Shown here: one piece after another, positions 13,738 to 26,679 of the stretch
Layout of the letters: every line of letters starts with the position of its first letter
How positions within the stretch are numbered: the first letter of the stretch is position 1
Assembly (NCBI GenBank): GCA_951406725.2
Contig: OX597821.1
Location: 12,648,001 to 12,712,000, forward strand
Source: Octopus vulgaris
Taxonomy: Eukaryota
Direction of reading: 5' to 3'
DNA: 64,000 bases
Notes under the pieces: generated by a model
Databases searched by the model: none
Told to the model about the DNA's origin: nothing
The model's input: only the letters and a program-made list of their open reading frames with translations
Translations under genes and position numbers: made by a program

Positions 13738-13772
<35 letters not shown>
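13580..13772. repeat. (TTA)n microsatellite
   Basis: Direct reading. Similar tracts occur at 940-1017, 12110-12277, 12440-12535, 25167-25340, 50697-50850, 51810-52135 and 56228-56362. Confidence 0.95.
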
Positions 13773-13774
<2 letters not shown>

Positions 13775-14605
13775 TTGGCAACGACCACTGTGATAACGAC
13801 GGATCGCAAATAGCGCCATATATCCAATCTAATTTCTATACAAAATAAGTTTCACTTTCACCGCTAAATAACATTTGGAATAACTTAAAAGAACTTCAGA
13901 ACGCTTTTTAAAATATCACTTCCTTTAGATATCTCACACACCATCGTATATAAGAAAACAATTATTGCAAAAATCAATAATTTACCATCATTCTTTCCAC
14001 TTCCCTAAGCAACAGAAATATGAAATGACAATAAAATCGGGGAACACTTGGATAAAACTATTTTTTTAGAGTAGAACAGAGAATACATAGAGTGAGGAAG
14101 GGAGTGAAAGAGAGGCAGAGACAAAGAGAAAGAGGAGAGAGTAAAAGCGGGAACACAGGGATGATGAGGAATAAAGAAAGTAAATCAGAACAAATATATA
14201 TAACATTTTAAGTGTTTATTGAAATTAAAATTTGAATGCTTGAGTGTTTTAATGCGAGGATATAACTAGACCATTTAACATGATAGCTTACATTACACTC
14301 AGCATTCCGAGCAGAAATCCAAGGAAAATTATTGCAAGTTTTGTATTTTTGATTTACTTTAATATGTAACATCACATTAAAGGGCGCCATATGAGAATAT
14401 TAATAGGCGCCATGACAGAGTCGCTTTTGATACGTCAGACTCAGTGAACAAATGACGCGTGATCGGGGAAAACTCTTCATGGTAGATATATAATCTGTTA
14501 AAATATGTATTGTACTTAGTGAAGAATCTTGTGAATCGCGTAGACAACAATATGTATCCTCTAATTCTCTCATTCTCGCTTTCTCTCTCTCTCTGTTCTC
14601 TGTAG

Positions 14606-14639
<34 letters not shown>

Positions 14640-15222
14640 TTAAAACACGCACAATACGCACACACAAAAACGTGTATGCGTGTGTGTATGTCTACTTTGA
14701 ACTTTCAATAGGATGAGAAAGCTAGGTGAAAACAGAGTTAGAAGAAATCTATGGCCGTCTGAAAGTTTTACACACAAAGATACACACACACATACACACA
14801 CACATACGCATACACACACATACACACACTCATACACACAACATGCACATACGCATATATTTATGGATATATATGTTTATATAAATATAATATATATTTA
14901 TATTTAAAAATATAAAGAGCAGAGAATATTTTTATACACAGAAAAGACACAGGACTCGTTAAAGCTAGAAAGGACAGTTAAAACCCGTATAAATATATTT
15001 TATACATTTCATATTTTTAAAATGTCTTATGACTTTTATTTGCTAAAATAAGTCAGAAACCATGGTCAAGTAAATAGATGGTAAATGTTTTTTTTTTATT
15101 TTTCATTCCCTTCGGAGAATTTATCACTAATTGTTCCTTCTAGCGTAAAGTATTCCTATGATGGAAACCTCTAAATGTGTTTAAATGTACATTGTATTAT
15201 ATATATACATACACACACACGC

Positions 15223-15290
<68 letters not shown>

Positions 15291-15473
15291 ATTAGGGCTT
15301 AGTAAAATAAATTACTTTGCCACATACTGAACTTAGTAGAAATAGCAGCCCCAAAAAATTTTTTCTTGGCATTTCTACTACTTAAAGAAAATTTCTCTCA
15401 GATAATGTTTACTCCAGACAGCTCACGAAGGTTTAGGGGTAAATACAGAAAAATATCACAAGTACATAGATCG

Positions 15474-15536
15474 TTTGAGTACGTCAACGTTTCAAGATTA
15501 GCCAAATAAAATCAGCATTTCTTTCGTCAGCTCAAA
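15474..15536 (-). ncRNA. Type I hammerhead ribozyme (copy 1)
   Basis: Reverse complement of 16155-16217. Confidence 0.85.
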
Positions 15537-16154
15537 ATTTCTTAATTTGGATTTGGAAACACTAAAAGAAGGAACTTTACCTATCATCGAACTTGTCGCT
15601 TCAGATGAACTACTCCAACTAAACAGTGTCAACAAATTCAAAATGCGCAGGCGTAAAATTCTGCACTCCCCATTCCACCCACGTGGTCTATCTAGCAAAC
15701 ATTATATTTTAACCGCGAGAACCGAGGCAGTATGACCGAGAGAAATGAATTATAATATCAACAATTAAGGGTAAAATTAATTAATTAATCAATTTCACCA
15801 AGTGTTCAGTATGTAAAAGGACCATTTAAGGCGAATTCAAAATATTACATTATATAATTAGGGCTTAGTAAAATAAATTACTTTGCCACATACTGAACTT
15901 AGTAGAAATAGCAGCCAAAAAAAATTTTTTATTGGCATTTCTACTACTTAAAGAAATTTCTCTCAGATAATGTTTACTCCAGACAGCTCACGAAGGTTTG
16001 GGGGTAAATACAGAAAAATATCACAAGTACATAGATACGCCTGCGCATTTTGAATTTGTTGACACTGTTTAGTTGGAGTAGTTCATCTGAAGCGACAAGT
16101 TCGATGATAGGTAAAGTTCCTTCTTTTAGTGTTTCCAAATCCAAATTAAGAAAT

Positions 16155-16217
16155 TTTGAGCTGACGAAAGAAATGCTGATTTTATTTGGCTAATCTTGAA
16201 ACGTTGACGTACTCAAA
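16155..16217 (+). ncRNA. Type I hammerhead ribozyme (copy 2)
   Basis: Stem I TTTGAG/CTCAAA; CTGACGA 16161-16167; stem II AAGA..GCTGA/TTGGC..TCTT; GAA 16198-16200; stem III ACGT-TG-ACGT; cleavage triplet GTA ending at 16211. Confidence 0.85.
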
Positions 16218-16496
16218 CGATCTATGTACTTGTGATATTTTTCTGTATTTACCCCCAAACCTTCGTGAGCTGTCTGGAGTAAACATTATCTGAGAGAAAT
16301 TTTCTTTAAGTAGTAGAAATGCCAAGAAAAAAATTTTTTTGGCTGCTATTTCTACTAAGTTCAGTATGTGGCAAAGTAATTTATTTTACTAAGCCCTAAT
16401 TATATAATGTAATATTTTGAATTCGCCTTAAATGGTCCTTTTACATACTGAACACTTGGTGAAATTGATTAATTAATTAATTTTACCCTCAATTGT

Positions 16497-16536
<40 letters not shown>

Positions 16537-16628
16537 TAGAAGAAAAAAACACCATTTATCAATTCAAAATGAACAATTAAGTTACACCATCTAGAAAATT
16601 ACATATAATAGAAATATTACAAACAAAA

Positions 16629-16706
<78 letters not shown>

Positions 16707-16712
<6 letters not shown>

Positions 16713-17953
16713 GCGTAAGGTAATTGAGCACATACATTTTGGGCTCATTGCTGCATTTTTTTCCTAACTCTGTATACTCTTTGTTTCAGAAAATAATCAT
16801 GGCAGACCCTCAGCTTACTCAAGAAATGAAGAGGCATACTCTTACTGTTGTTATAAAGGCTGAACATAGCGATTTAGAAATATCTAGATGTTTTAAAAGT
16901 TGCCAGATCTTTTGCCTACAAAGTTTGTAAGCAGTTAGGAACTGAAGATTGAAGCGTATTACCTGTATCAGACCAAAGAAATAATCAGAATACCTGAATT
17001 TATCCAGTAAGTTCAACAGACCAGCGATTACAATCCCAGCAGGTCCAGAGGTCAATTGCAAAAGATCTCCATGTGTCAGAAGAAAGTCAGAAATATTGTC
17101 CACGAAGACTTCAAATATAAGTCTTATTTGAGAAAAGTACAATTTGTCAGAAAAATCAAAAGAAAATTCCTACATCAGATATAAAAGGCGCTGAAACGAA
17201 CTGAACAATTCAGCCGAAGAAGATTTGATTTGTTTTTTCTCAAACGAGACTGTCTTCGACCAGGATCAAAAAGTTAACTGAAGAAATGACAGATGGTTAT
17301 GAACAGACCCTTCTGAAATTCCAAGTGTTATACATGCAAAATATCCTGCAGCTGTCATTGTTTTAGGGGTTGTAGACAATGAAGGACATGTGATGCTTCC
17401 TTAATACTTTCCACAAGGACTTAGAGCTTAATCTGCCGCCTACATTGAGGTCCTGGAAATAATTGTTAAGCCCTGGATAGACGTTTTATGCAATGGAAAG
17501 CCATATGTATTTCAGTAAGACTCAGCATATCACACATGGCTCTAGTAACACAGGAATGGATAGCTGAAAATTTTCCTGATCACCTACCCCTAACATTTGG
17601 CCTCCTCGCAATCCATTGGACTATTACTTGTGGAGCGTTGTTCAGAGAGAGAGAGAGTGTGAGAGAGAGATAGAGAGGTCAATGAACGCGCCCATAGCAA
17701 GAAAGATACTTTGAAAGATGCCATAGTCAGAGTAATGTCCAAAATGAACCAGGACCACTTGATTCAAGCTTGTAGATGATTTAGATCTCGTATAGATGCA
17801 GTTGTTGAAAATGAAGGTAGCTTTATTGAATAACATTATAGAAATGAAGGGTTATTTTTAAACTAATAGCATTTTTTGATAAATAAACTTATTACCTGTT
17901 ATTATGTTTATTTAGTGTAAACTAATTTGTCCTCGAATATCTTACGCACCCTG
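16707..17953 (+). mobile_element. Tc1/mariner superfamily (maT/DD37D-like) transposon fossil
   Basis: Imperfect TIRs TTGGATGCGTAAGGTAATTGAG / CTCGAATATCTTACGCACCCTG flanked by TA. Broken transposase FFSNETVFDQDQKVN..NDRWL..PAAVIVLGVVDNEG..YVFQ*DSA. Confidence 0.8.
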
Positions 17954-17984
17954 TATTTTTCAGTCCAATATGAACACGCACAAA

Positions 17985-18175
17985 TGTGGCAAGCTCGCTG
18001 AAACTTTAACAAACCGGGCAAAATGCGTTGTGAGTTCAAATTCCGCAAGGATCGACTTTGCCTTTCATCCTTTTAGATGTTTATAAAATAGATACTAGTT
18101 AAACACTGGGATCAGTGTAATCTACCTACCTCGTATACCTAACTTCCTGGCCTTGTGCCATAATTTGAAATCAGT
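17985..18175 (+). mobile_element. SINE family B, degenerate
   Basis: GAGTTCAAATTCCGC..GACTTTGCCTTTCATCCTTT core shared with 26456-26672. Confidence 0.75.
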
Positions 18176-19239
18176 ATTAACACGCGCACATACACAGATA
18201 CATATATTTCCACAAATATATTCTCATGCACTCGCGCACTCGCATAAATGTATGTAAGTATCACACCATTTTTGCATGTGTTCGTGCGTTTAAATATGTA
18301 TGTGCCTATTAGTATTTTTGTGTACCTATACTCACTAGAATTAGGGATGATACATAATGCTAGATTCCACCAGATTAAATTACACACATGGTTACTGGTA
18401 TGAATGCAAGAATATTGTATTAATATTTTTTTGTAATCTCCTTGTCTTCAGTACAGGTAGATTGTTTTATGCTAAGCAATACACAATATTTGGTAGTAAA
18501 ATATTTATATACTTGCAAAGGATTGTATAATATTCATTTATGTAAGAATGCTGTGATAGTGAATGAACATACAAGCATATATGTATATTCGGCATGTCCC
18601 TCCGACGCCGAAGCATTAACAAATGCATGGGCATTATATGTATGACATGTAATTGTATGTTAGTTGAAAAACAGTGATTCGTTATAATACCGTTCCCGTG
18701 TGTGTTAGAGTGTGCGTATGTGTGTGTCGGTGGGTGTAAATAAATATAATGTATGTGTATGTTGTTCTTGTTCTTGTTCTTGTCGTTGTCGTTGTTATTA
18801 TCGTTTTTTTTTATTAATTTTCAAGATGTTAAATTCTGTAATTAGGTTGATAGTAAAAATAATCTAGTTATGTTTGAGCCAAAGAATGGCCCAGGCTATG
18901 TCTGACTTTATAGCACCAATTACTAATTGCCGATTATATTTAAAAATTTGTTCTGGGTAAAGTTAGATAGACCAGGTCCTGTTGAGAAATACAATCATTT
19001 AAAATTTATTTTTAATTACTTTTCATCTTAATTTTTCTCAATCATATTACAATTATCCCAGTCGTTAAATGTTAATTATTTTATGGAAAGCAATTTATTT
19101 GAAATATATATTCCCTGCTGAAAAATATATTGGTCATTTACCTTTAGAATTCTCATTAACTCAACCTGTCTTCTCTTATTTATAGCTTATATTTAGGATT
19201 AATAATGACCAAATAATATTTCCATCATAGCCTAATTAA

Positions 19240-21355
19240 CACTGGTTTATAGAGAAATTGTGGCGAACATAAAAATAGTTGTTTTAGCCTAATTTTGAGT
19301 GCTGATTTCAGATACAAAACTAGTTTTCACTCATCATCTCTAATTTTTGAGATACACGTTATTAGGATTTTGCGACAATTCACGTAACCATATATATGAT
19401 AAATTCTTATTTTGTTTTCCAAATTTTTGTGATGCATACGATATATATCTCTACCATGGCTCCAGACACACTAGGACACCGAGGATGCATCAACAAAACA
19501 AATTCATTCTGCTACGTGTGGGGGCATTTCACAAAAATTTCAGGGCGCTGAATAATCGCCTCCCCTCTGAGAACTGCTTACTTTTATTATTTTGACTTTA
19601 GAATTGGAGATGAGGATAAATACTGGACCCACACGTCTGTTGTAAACTCCGCTACAATGGACTAACTTTGCTGTCCCGATGGTCTGGAAAGAGCCACGAA
19701 GCCATGCAGATGATTGTTATTTTTGTCTAAAACATGTAGCTGGTTTCGATGTTTCTTCTAGTTAAAATGTCAAGTACCCCAACCATTCCTCAGCTATGAG
19801 ACCTGTTCTCCTCTCAGATTATCTCCCTGTTCCTAATCCCCCGGCAAATAAGGGCTTTCTTCCTCCATCAGATGAAGAAATGCTTTCAGGGGAATATTCT
19901 GCCAAATTGATCCATTCTGAAGCCAATGTCTCTGTTTTTTCAGGAACAATTGGCAATGATACCCACTGGATCACGCAGGTGGACCTGAATGACCTTGAAC
20001 ATGATTTGTATTTATCTAAGTAGCAGTCATGTTAAAAAGTGGAACCTGGTCAAAGCAGATGTAAGGATCACCAGTTTCAAGACACGGAACCAGGACTTAG
20101 CGTCATTCTTCGACATGGAAAATAGATTGTGCTGCTGCACAAATGTCTCTGCCTTGTTAATTTCCTTGGTTTCTCACATAATTCCTCAGCCGTTTTTTCA
20201 TAAAGAGTTTCAAGCGGAGTCTGAAGACTGTGCTCTTGCACAATGAAAATAAATGTCCCAGCGATTCCATTGCCTACTCAGTCCATCTGAAGAAGTCGTA
20301 TGACAATATGCTTCTCCTTTTGGAAGCTGTCAACTACAACCAGCAACAGTGGGGTCTCTGCGGGGATTTCAAAGTCCCTGGGCTCTTTATGGATATGCTA
20401 TTGGGCTTCACAAATCATTATTGCTTTCTCTATCTCTGGAACCGTTGATTTGTGTCCAAGCATTAAAAGTAGAAGTACTAGGGACTTATGAGCACTTTCG
20501 TGGCTAGTAAACACGGTGTCCCATGAAAATCTTTTGGTGGACATGAACAAGGTGCTTCTCCCTCCTCTTCATATCATTCTTAATTTAATGAAGATTTCGT
20601 GAAGGCCATGGACAAAAATGGCGCTGCCTTCTAGTACTTGTGCACTCTGTCTCCAGCTCTGAGTTCTGCTAAGGTCAAGGAGGGCATTTTCGTCGGAACT
20701 CATACCTCTAATCCTTATCTTAAACGATCTTAGAGCATGGAAACCATTTTAGTCAATAACCGTAATAAACGGATAATAGATTACCAAGTGTGTATCGAGA
20801 AGTTTTTACAGTCTTATGAGGGTTTGGGATTTAGAATGTCAGTTTTTCCACTCCCACGTCAACTTCTTCACTTCGAAGCTCGGAGCAGTGTGTGATGGGC
20901 AGGGGGGAAGGCTCCATCAATACATTACTAAGAAGGAGAGCAACTACCAAGGCAAGTAGAAGCCCAGCATTATGGGGAATTTTGCTGGATGCTCTTGTGT
21001 GACATCCCAGAAGCAAAGTGCACAAGATCGTTCAAAACAATTCACTTCCAACTGTCTGTTGTACTATGATTTATGTATATTGTATTATGCAAGTAATTTA
21101 GTTCTATCAATGTTCTGTGTCACTACTGTTTTTTGTTTGTTTTTGTAATATGCCTTTGTGACAGATGAAATAAAAATAATATATTTTGAATTTATATGCA
21201 GTATAATGAAAATGGGATATGTGAAAGCAAAAGAAAAAAAACTAGAGGTGAAAGGGCAAAACTTTTCAGAAAATTGAATTCAACACATTAACATTAGTAA
21301 AAACACCTATTAACATCCTTGCCGCAGAGCAAAAAACTAAATTTGTAAACCAATG
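19240..21355 (+). mobile_element. Chapaev3-like (CMC superfamily) DNA transposon fossil
   Basis: Termini CACTGGTTTA / TAAACCAATG with a 3-bp TAA duplication on both sides. Broken transposase FCYVW.., WKEPRSHADDCYFCL, AMRPV, LLHNENK..QWGLCGDFKV..CFLYLW, VLLPPLHI, KVKEGIFVG. Family name is from recalled motifs. Confidence 0.7.
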
Positions 21356-22204
21356 TAATATATCTAGTGAATAGCTTGGATCTAGATACAACCGCAGTGT
21401 ATTTGAATTGGTCAGTAATATTTTAAATGGGGTAAGAATTTTGCCTTAAATAATCTTTAAGTTGTCTGTCGAAATTGAAGAAACTAAGAATTGTATTACA
21501 ATTGTCGAGATCTGATAAATGCTATTCCTATAGAGATCTGCTGAAAAACATAAATATTGTGTTAGTTTTACCACTGTCTGTCACAATTTCATTTCTTCAA
21601 ACCAATCTGGTATAATTCTGATAAAGATAGGGTGGTGTTTAATTTGGGTGTCCCTGTAGAGTCTCAGTCGATTATGATTACTACATCACAGAAATGTTCG
21701 AATTTGTCAATATATATATACATATAGATACACATATATATAGGTATATACAGACATACGTACATACATACATACATACATATATGTAGGTATGTATGAA
21801 TGTAAATGACATCATTTTACTGCATTGCTGCTTTGTATTTTCGAAGACCAAACTGTATCTCTGAAAGGATGCTATTGACGTTGATGGATGGTTCTCGGAT
21901 GTTTTGGCACCTCAAAATCTGCTGTCTGTTTATTGACAACACCATTTATGTGAAAATAATCTTCATCACTCATGATTGATTTATGAAAAAAATTCATTAT
22001 CGTGTCTTGTTTCTTGGAAAGAACAACACAATTCAGTCACCGTTGATAACCTATCGGCTTCACATCTTGTATGTGTATATTTGTAGTTCCCAATGAAGTG
22101 GATACAATGATGTTCTGTAGATACCAATCTTTTACAGAACGTCGTTGAATTAAAATTACTGCATTCTATGCAATAATACACCCAACCTGTGTCTTTATTT
22201 CTAT

Positions 22205-22372
22205 TATAGGCACAAGGCCTGGAGTTCTGAAGGAAGTGACTGGTTGATTACATCGACCCCAGTATTTCACTAGTGCTTAATTTATCAAATCCGCAAAGAT
22301 GGAAGGCAAAGTCGACCCCGAATTGCCGCTAAGCATTTTGAAAAACGTGCTAAGGATTCTACCAGTTCACCA
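22205..22372 (-). mobile_element. SINE family B, degenerate
   Basis: GGCACAAGGCC..ATCGACCCCAGT..AAGGCAAAGTCGACC matches other minus-strand copies. Confidence 0.75.
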
Positions 22373-22390
22373 TTAATAATAGTATTATTA

Positions 22391-22468
<78 letters not shown>

Positions 22469-22559
22469 AGGAGGAGGAGGAGGAGGGGGCGGATTTCTTT
22501 TATTTGCCACAAGGGCTCAAGACATGGAGGACAATATTGGAGGATGACTTATAGCACAC

Positions 22560-25145
22560 AAAAACAAAAATAACAATAAAAAACCGAAACAGGTGGAGTT
22601 TACATCGAGGTGCCTAATTATAGAAATTGTTTCGGCTTTTAGACTCCATATTCGAGTTACCTCTATTTCCAGATCTTAGTATTTTGAAAGTTTCTCTGCT
22701 TCTTTTAGAGAGGCATTGTCATCTGTTGGTATTGATACATCGATTAGAAAGCATTTGTTTTCTTAGTGATTTCTGATAAGTATATGCCGCCCATTGGCCT
22801 TAATTGGCTTATTTGTGTGTATTGGCATATTCTAGAGTATGATTGCTTTATCCGTTTCCGTGACCTTTTCTGGGTGTGCCTATACCATCTTTTTTTTCGT
22901 TGTTATTTCATAGTGTTAGCATAGCTTCCGGGGTATATAGATCCCAACTTTGTCGTATCTGTGAGTATATTCCTTCTTAGCCAGGACTGAGCAGTTACAG
23001 AAATATGAATTATTGCTTCTTCGCCGTCACCAAGTACTTTGCAGTTACTTGTATTTCTTCTCATTACATGGTTTTGGTAATTTCTGGTGAGAAGGCTTTG
23101 ATCTTGTGCTCCAATTAAAAGTCCTTTAGACTTTGCTTTGAGTCCTGAACTTCTGAGCTATTGTTGGGATTTTGCTTTGTCAATTTCTTTTCTGTTTATT
23201 TTAACCAAATATTTGCCATGAAGGAGCTTTTTAGCCATCGTTGTATGATGATCCGTTACTGTTCCAGTTTTAGTTTAGATATCATTTGTTTTACAACTTT
23301 CGTTCCAATTATTATTTATATTTTTTGTATTTGTCACTTTCTGTAAAAACGAATAACAGTTTTCTGTTTTGTTCACTTTGCGGCTATTTGTATTAGTTTT
23401 CCTTGCTTCTGAAGTAGGTATTCCTGTAGTCCAATGGTGTTTATTTTGTAATAGTTTTCTATATCTATAAAGCATCTACCACCTTCGATTCGTTGTATAT
23501 ATAACCTTCCTCTATCACATTTTGGGTGGTACATCCTAAATGCTGTCTGTTTCTTGTTTTCATGTCTTTCAGTTAAGAATATTGTAGCTGTAACTTATAA
23601 CTGGGACGGCTAAACTGTTGATACCTATTATCATACTTTTCACAATGAACTCTGTTTTCAGTATTAATCTAACTAGTTTATAGTATTCTCTTCTTATCTT
23701 CTCTTTCATTTCTATATGTTGTATCGTATCAAGTTCATTGATTCATAAATATTTGTATGTCTGGCTTTGGTCTAATTCTCTGTTTTCATTTACTTTATCT
23801 CGTGTGATGTTGTTACTCTTAACTAGTTTTCCGTTTTTCAAAGATGCTTTGGCACATTTTTCTAAGCCAAATTTTATGTTTATTTCTTTGATAAATCCGT
23901 ATACTGTATGTAGTAATATTTCCAGCTGTTTATCATTTGTAACGTACAGTTTTAGATAAAGCATATATAAGATGTGGCTGATTGTTTTGCATTACAGTAT
24001 CTACATCCAGTTCTGTTAAGCATGTTAGGTAAAGGTGTCAGTGAGAAGCAGAAAAGTAGTGGAGAGAGCGTGTCTTCCTAGAATATTCCTATTCTAATGG
24101 GGATGGCTTTGGTTTTTATGAGTAGTTTCTCTTTTGTCTGGAACTCTAGCACTGTCTGCTATTTATTCATGGAATGTTTTTTTATGTTATGATTATTGGT
24201 GGTACTTCGTTCCTGGTTGGTGTTTCTTGGATACATGTCTGTGGAATACTATCAAAAGACTTTCGGTAATCGACCCAGGGCATACTCAATCCCTTCTTTT
24301 CTCTACAGATATGGCTTTATTGATCAGTGGCTGATTCCTTCTGCTCTTCTAGAAACAGATTGTTTTTTTTCCAGATGTTTGCTCATTCCCTGCGATATTA
24401 CCGCAGTACAGGTTTTGTAAATTGTAAGGAGACAAGTTATCGGTCTGTAATTTTGTGGGTTTGCCATTTCCGCGCGTTTGAGAATAAGGATAGTTTTTGC
24501 TTCCGTGAGCCATTCAGGCATTGTCTCTGGCTCGATTAGTATTCCATTAAATTTCTCACACAGCTTTTTATGTGTTTTAACCAGAAATGGGGATCTTCTC
24601 GTGCCCGAGTGCCTTCCATTTGCTTACTGTTTGCAGTGCCTGGGTGATCTCTTCAGTTGTTATAAGGGTCCAGAGCTGTTCAGGTACTGTATTCGTTGTT
24701 TTGATAGATCTTTGCCTACTATATTTCTTTCCAAAATTCTTCCACTTTTTCTTCTGTTGGTGTTACATTGATCTCTATTTCATGTTTGCCAAATTTTTGG
24801 TAGAACCTTATGAGGTTGGAGTTGAACTGCTTATTTTTGCAAAGAAACGTTGGTGTTTCTCATACACACGGATTCTTTGTACTTTGGCGAAGATATCTTG
24901 CTTTAGCTGTTCTTTTACTTCAGATATACCTTGTTCTGTAATTTTGCATTTATGTAGATTTTTTCTTCTCTTCTTGTTGTGTAGTAATGGTGAGTGTCTA
25001 CCAGTTTCATTAAAGGTTGACAGATCCTTTCTTTTCTTTTGTATTTTTTCCGTGTATCATGTATCCAAAGCTTTTGTTTGGGATGTAATATCCTTTTTGG
25101 ATGGGTTTTAGGGGTTATCCTGCTTCTTTTGAGGCCACAGAGGCT
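22560..25145 (-). mobile_element. R4/Dong-like non-LTR retrotransposon, ~2.6 kb degenerate RT plus RLE
   Basis: PEWLTEAKTILILK..PQNYRPITCL (24324..24521); IF*EDTLSPLLFCFSL; IKFGLEKCAK..TYKYL (23743..23964); LLIGAQDQSL; RLE remnants near 22650-22850. Adjacent to (TAA)n at 25167. Confidence 0.85.
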
Positions 25146-25165
25146 GCTGTATATATTATATAATA

Positions 25166-25205
<40 letters not shown>

Positions 25206-25215
25206 GTTATTATTA

Positions 25216-25341
<126 letters not shown>

Positions 25342-25523
25342 GATCATGATGATGACCATCATCTTCATTATCATCATTATAACCGTCATCAATTTCATTA
25401 GCATCACAAAAACAACACCAAAACTGCATTCTCTTGAAAAATCTCAGCCGTGTGAAACATTAGTTGAGATAAAAATAATTGAAGTAAACTTGTCTGCAAG
25501 CAAGCTCACATTCACGCGCGCGA

Positions 25524-25562
<39 letters not shown>

Positions 25563-26455
25563 TACATCTCAAAAGATTTACAAAGCACTTGTATTTTTTT
25601 ATTATTTCCAATGCTATTAAGAGGCATACAATAAAATATGGATGAGTATTATTTGATGTTATGTAAAACGCCTTTGAAATCTTTCAAACTGATGATATCC
25701 GTAAATTAGAGGATGCTTAAACCTTCTTATTTCAACATGAATAGAGCCAAACAATTAAATGTAGTTTCACGTTAAACTATTTGGCAGAATGCGTGGAATC
25801 CCTGATTCATGTTTTTTGAATATAAAGCCAAAGAACGCAAGATAAAAGTGCTGTTAAATGAAGTGACATTAAACAGCATCAAATAAAAATATATCCCGAT
25901 TGTCTGTTGATATAAATGATTTTCCGCTTTCAAAGTGATATTTCTTCTTTATTATTTTCTTTTTTTTTTTCTCATTTCGTCTTTTATTATATTCCACAAG
26001 TTGCGCGGCGCTGTAGCAGTTACGGCGAAGCGTATTCAATGTTTGAGAAATTTGGATAAATCACTTGAGTTTCTGCACTCAATATCGTCGTGGGAAGTTT
26101 CAATCTATATTTTCATAGAGTGGATGAAATTAGAAACTATCATAAACTATTTTCAATTTAAAAATTAAAATAAATTTGCAGAAATGTAAAATAAATGATA
26201 ATTTAGTAGTTCTCAAACAAAGAAGAAAAATTTCACAGGAAAGTAAATATACTAGAAATCGTATATGCCCATGCTCTACTAAACAGTGAATGAATCACCC
26301 TTAAACCTATATAATTCTATCGAATCTATTTCTCCGCATTCTTAATGCCTAACGCGTTCCACTTTTGTGACAGCAGAGAGAACCCAATGAATTGTAGGTG
26401 CACTTTCGCGCATGCGAGAAGGCATGCATAAGCATATATTCTTTTCTATTCTACA

Positions 26456-26672
26456 GGCGGCGAGCTGGCAGAAACGTTAGCACGCCGGGCGAAATGCGTG
26501 GCCGTATTTCGTCTGCCGTTACGTTCTGAGTTCAAATTCAACCGAGGGCGACTTTGCCTTTCATCCTTTCGGGGTCGATAAATTAAGTACCAGTTGCGCA
26601 CTGGAGTCTATGTAATCGACTTAATCCCTTTGTCTGTCCTTGTTTGTCCTCTCTGTGGGTAGTAAAGAAATA
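26456..26672 (+). mobile_element. tRNA-derived SINE family B (Meta/MESC-like core)
   Basis: Head GGCGGCGAGCTGGCAGAAACGTTAG, B-box GAGTTCAAATTC, core GCCTTTCATCCTTTCGGGGTCGATAAATTAAGTACCAG. The core name is from memory. Confidence 0.85.
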
Positions 26673-26679
26673 TATATTC

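Larger units (their letters stand above)
15283..16502. mobile_element. Hammerhead-bearing 566-bp non-coding monomer in tandem plus inverted arrangement (retrozyme/non-autonomous PLE-like), inserted in (TA)n
   Basis: ATTAGGGCTT recurs at 15291 and 15857 (period 566). The direct repeat runs to 16036, 16037-16502 is an inverted copy, and (TA)n flanks both sides. Confidence 0.85.

Noticed and set aside
15547-15735. 62-aa ORF inside the 566-bp monomer
   Set aside because: It is short, starts at a non-ATG codon, has no recognisable motif, and is antisense to the ribozyme strand.
25995-26110. CpG-richer patches as promoters (also 9820-9900, 10125-10190, 14405-14470)
   Set aside because: There is no linked gene or decisive motif, and composition alone is insufficient.
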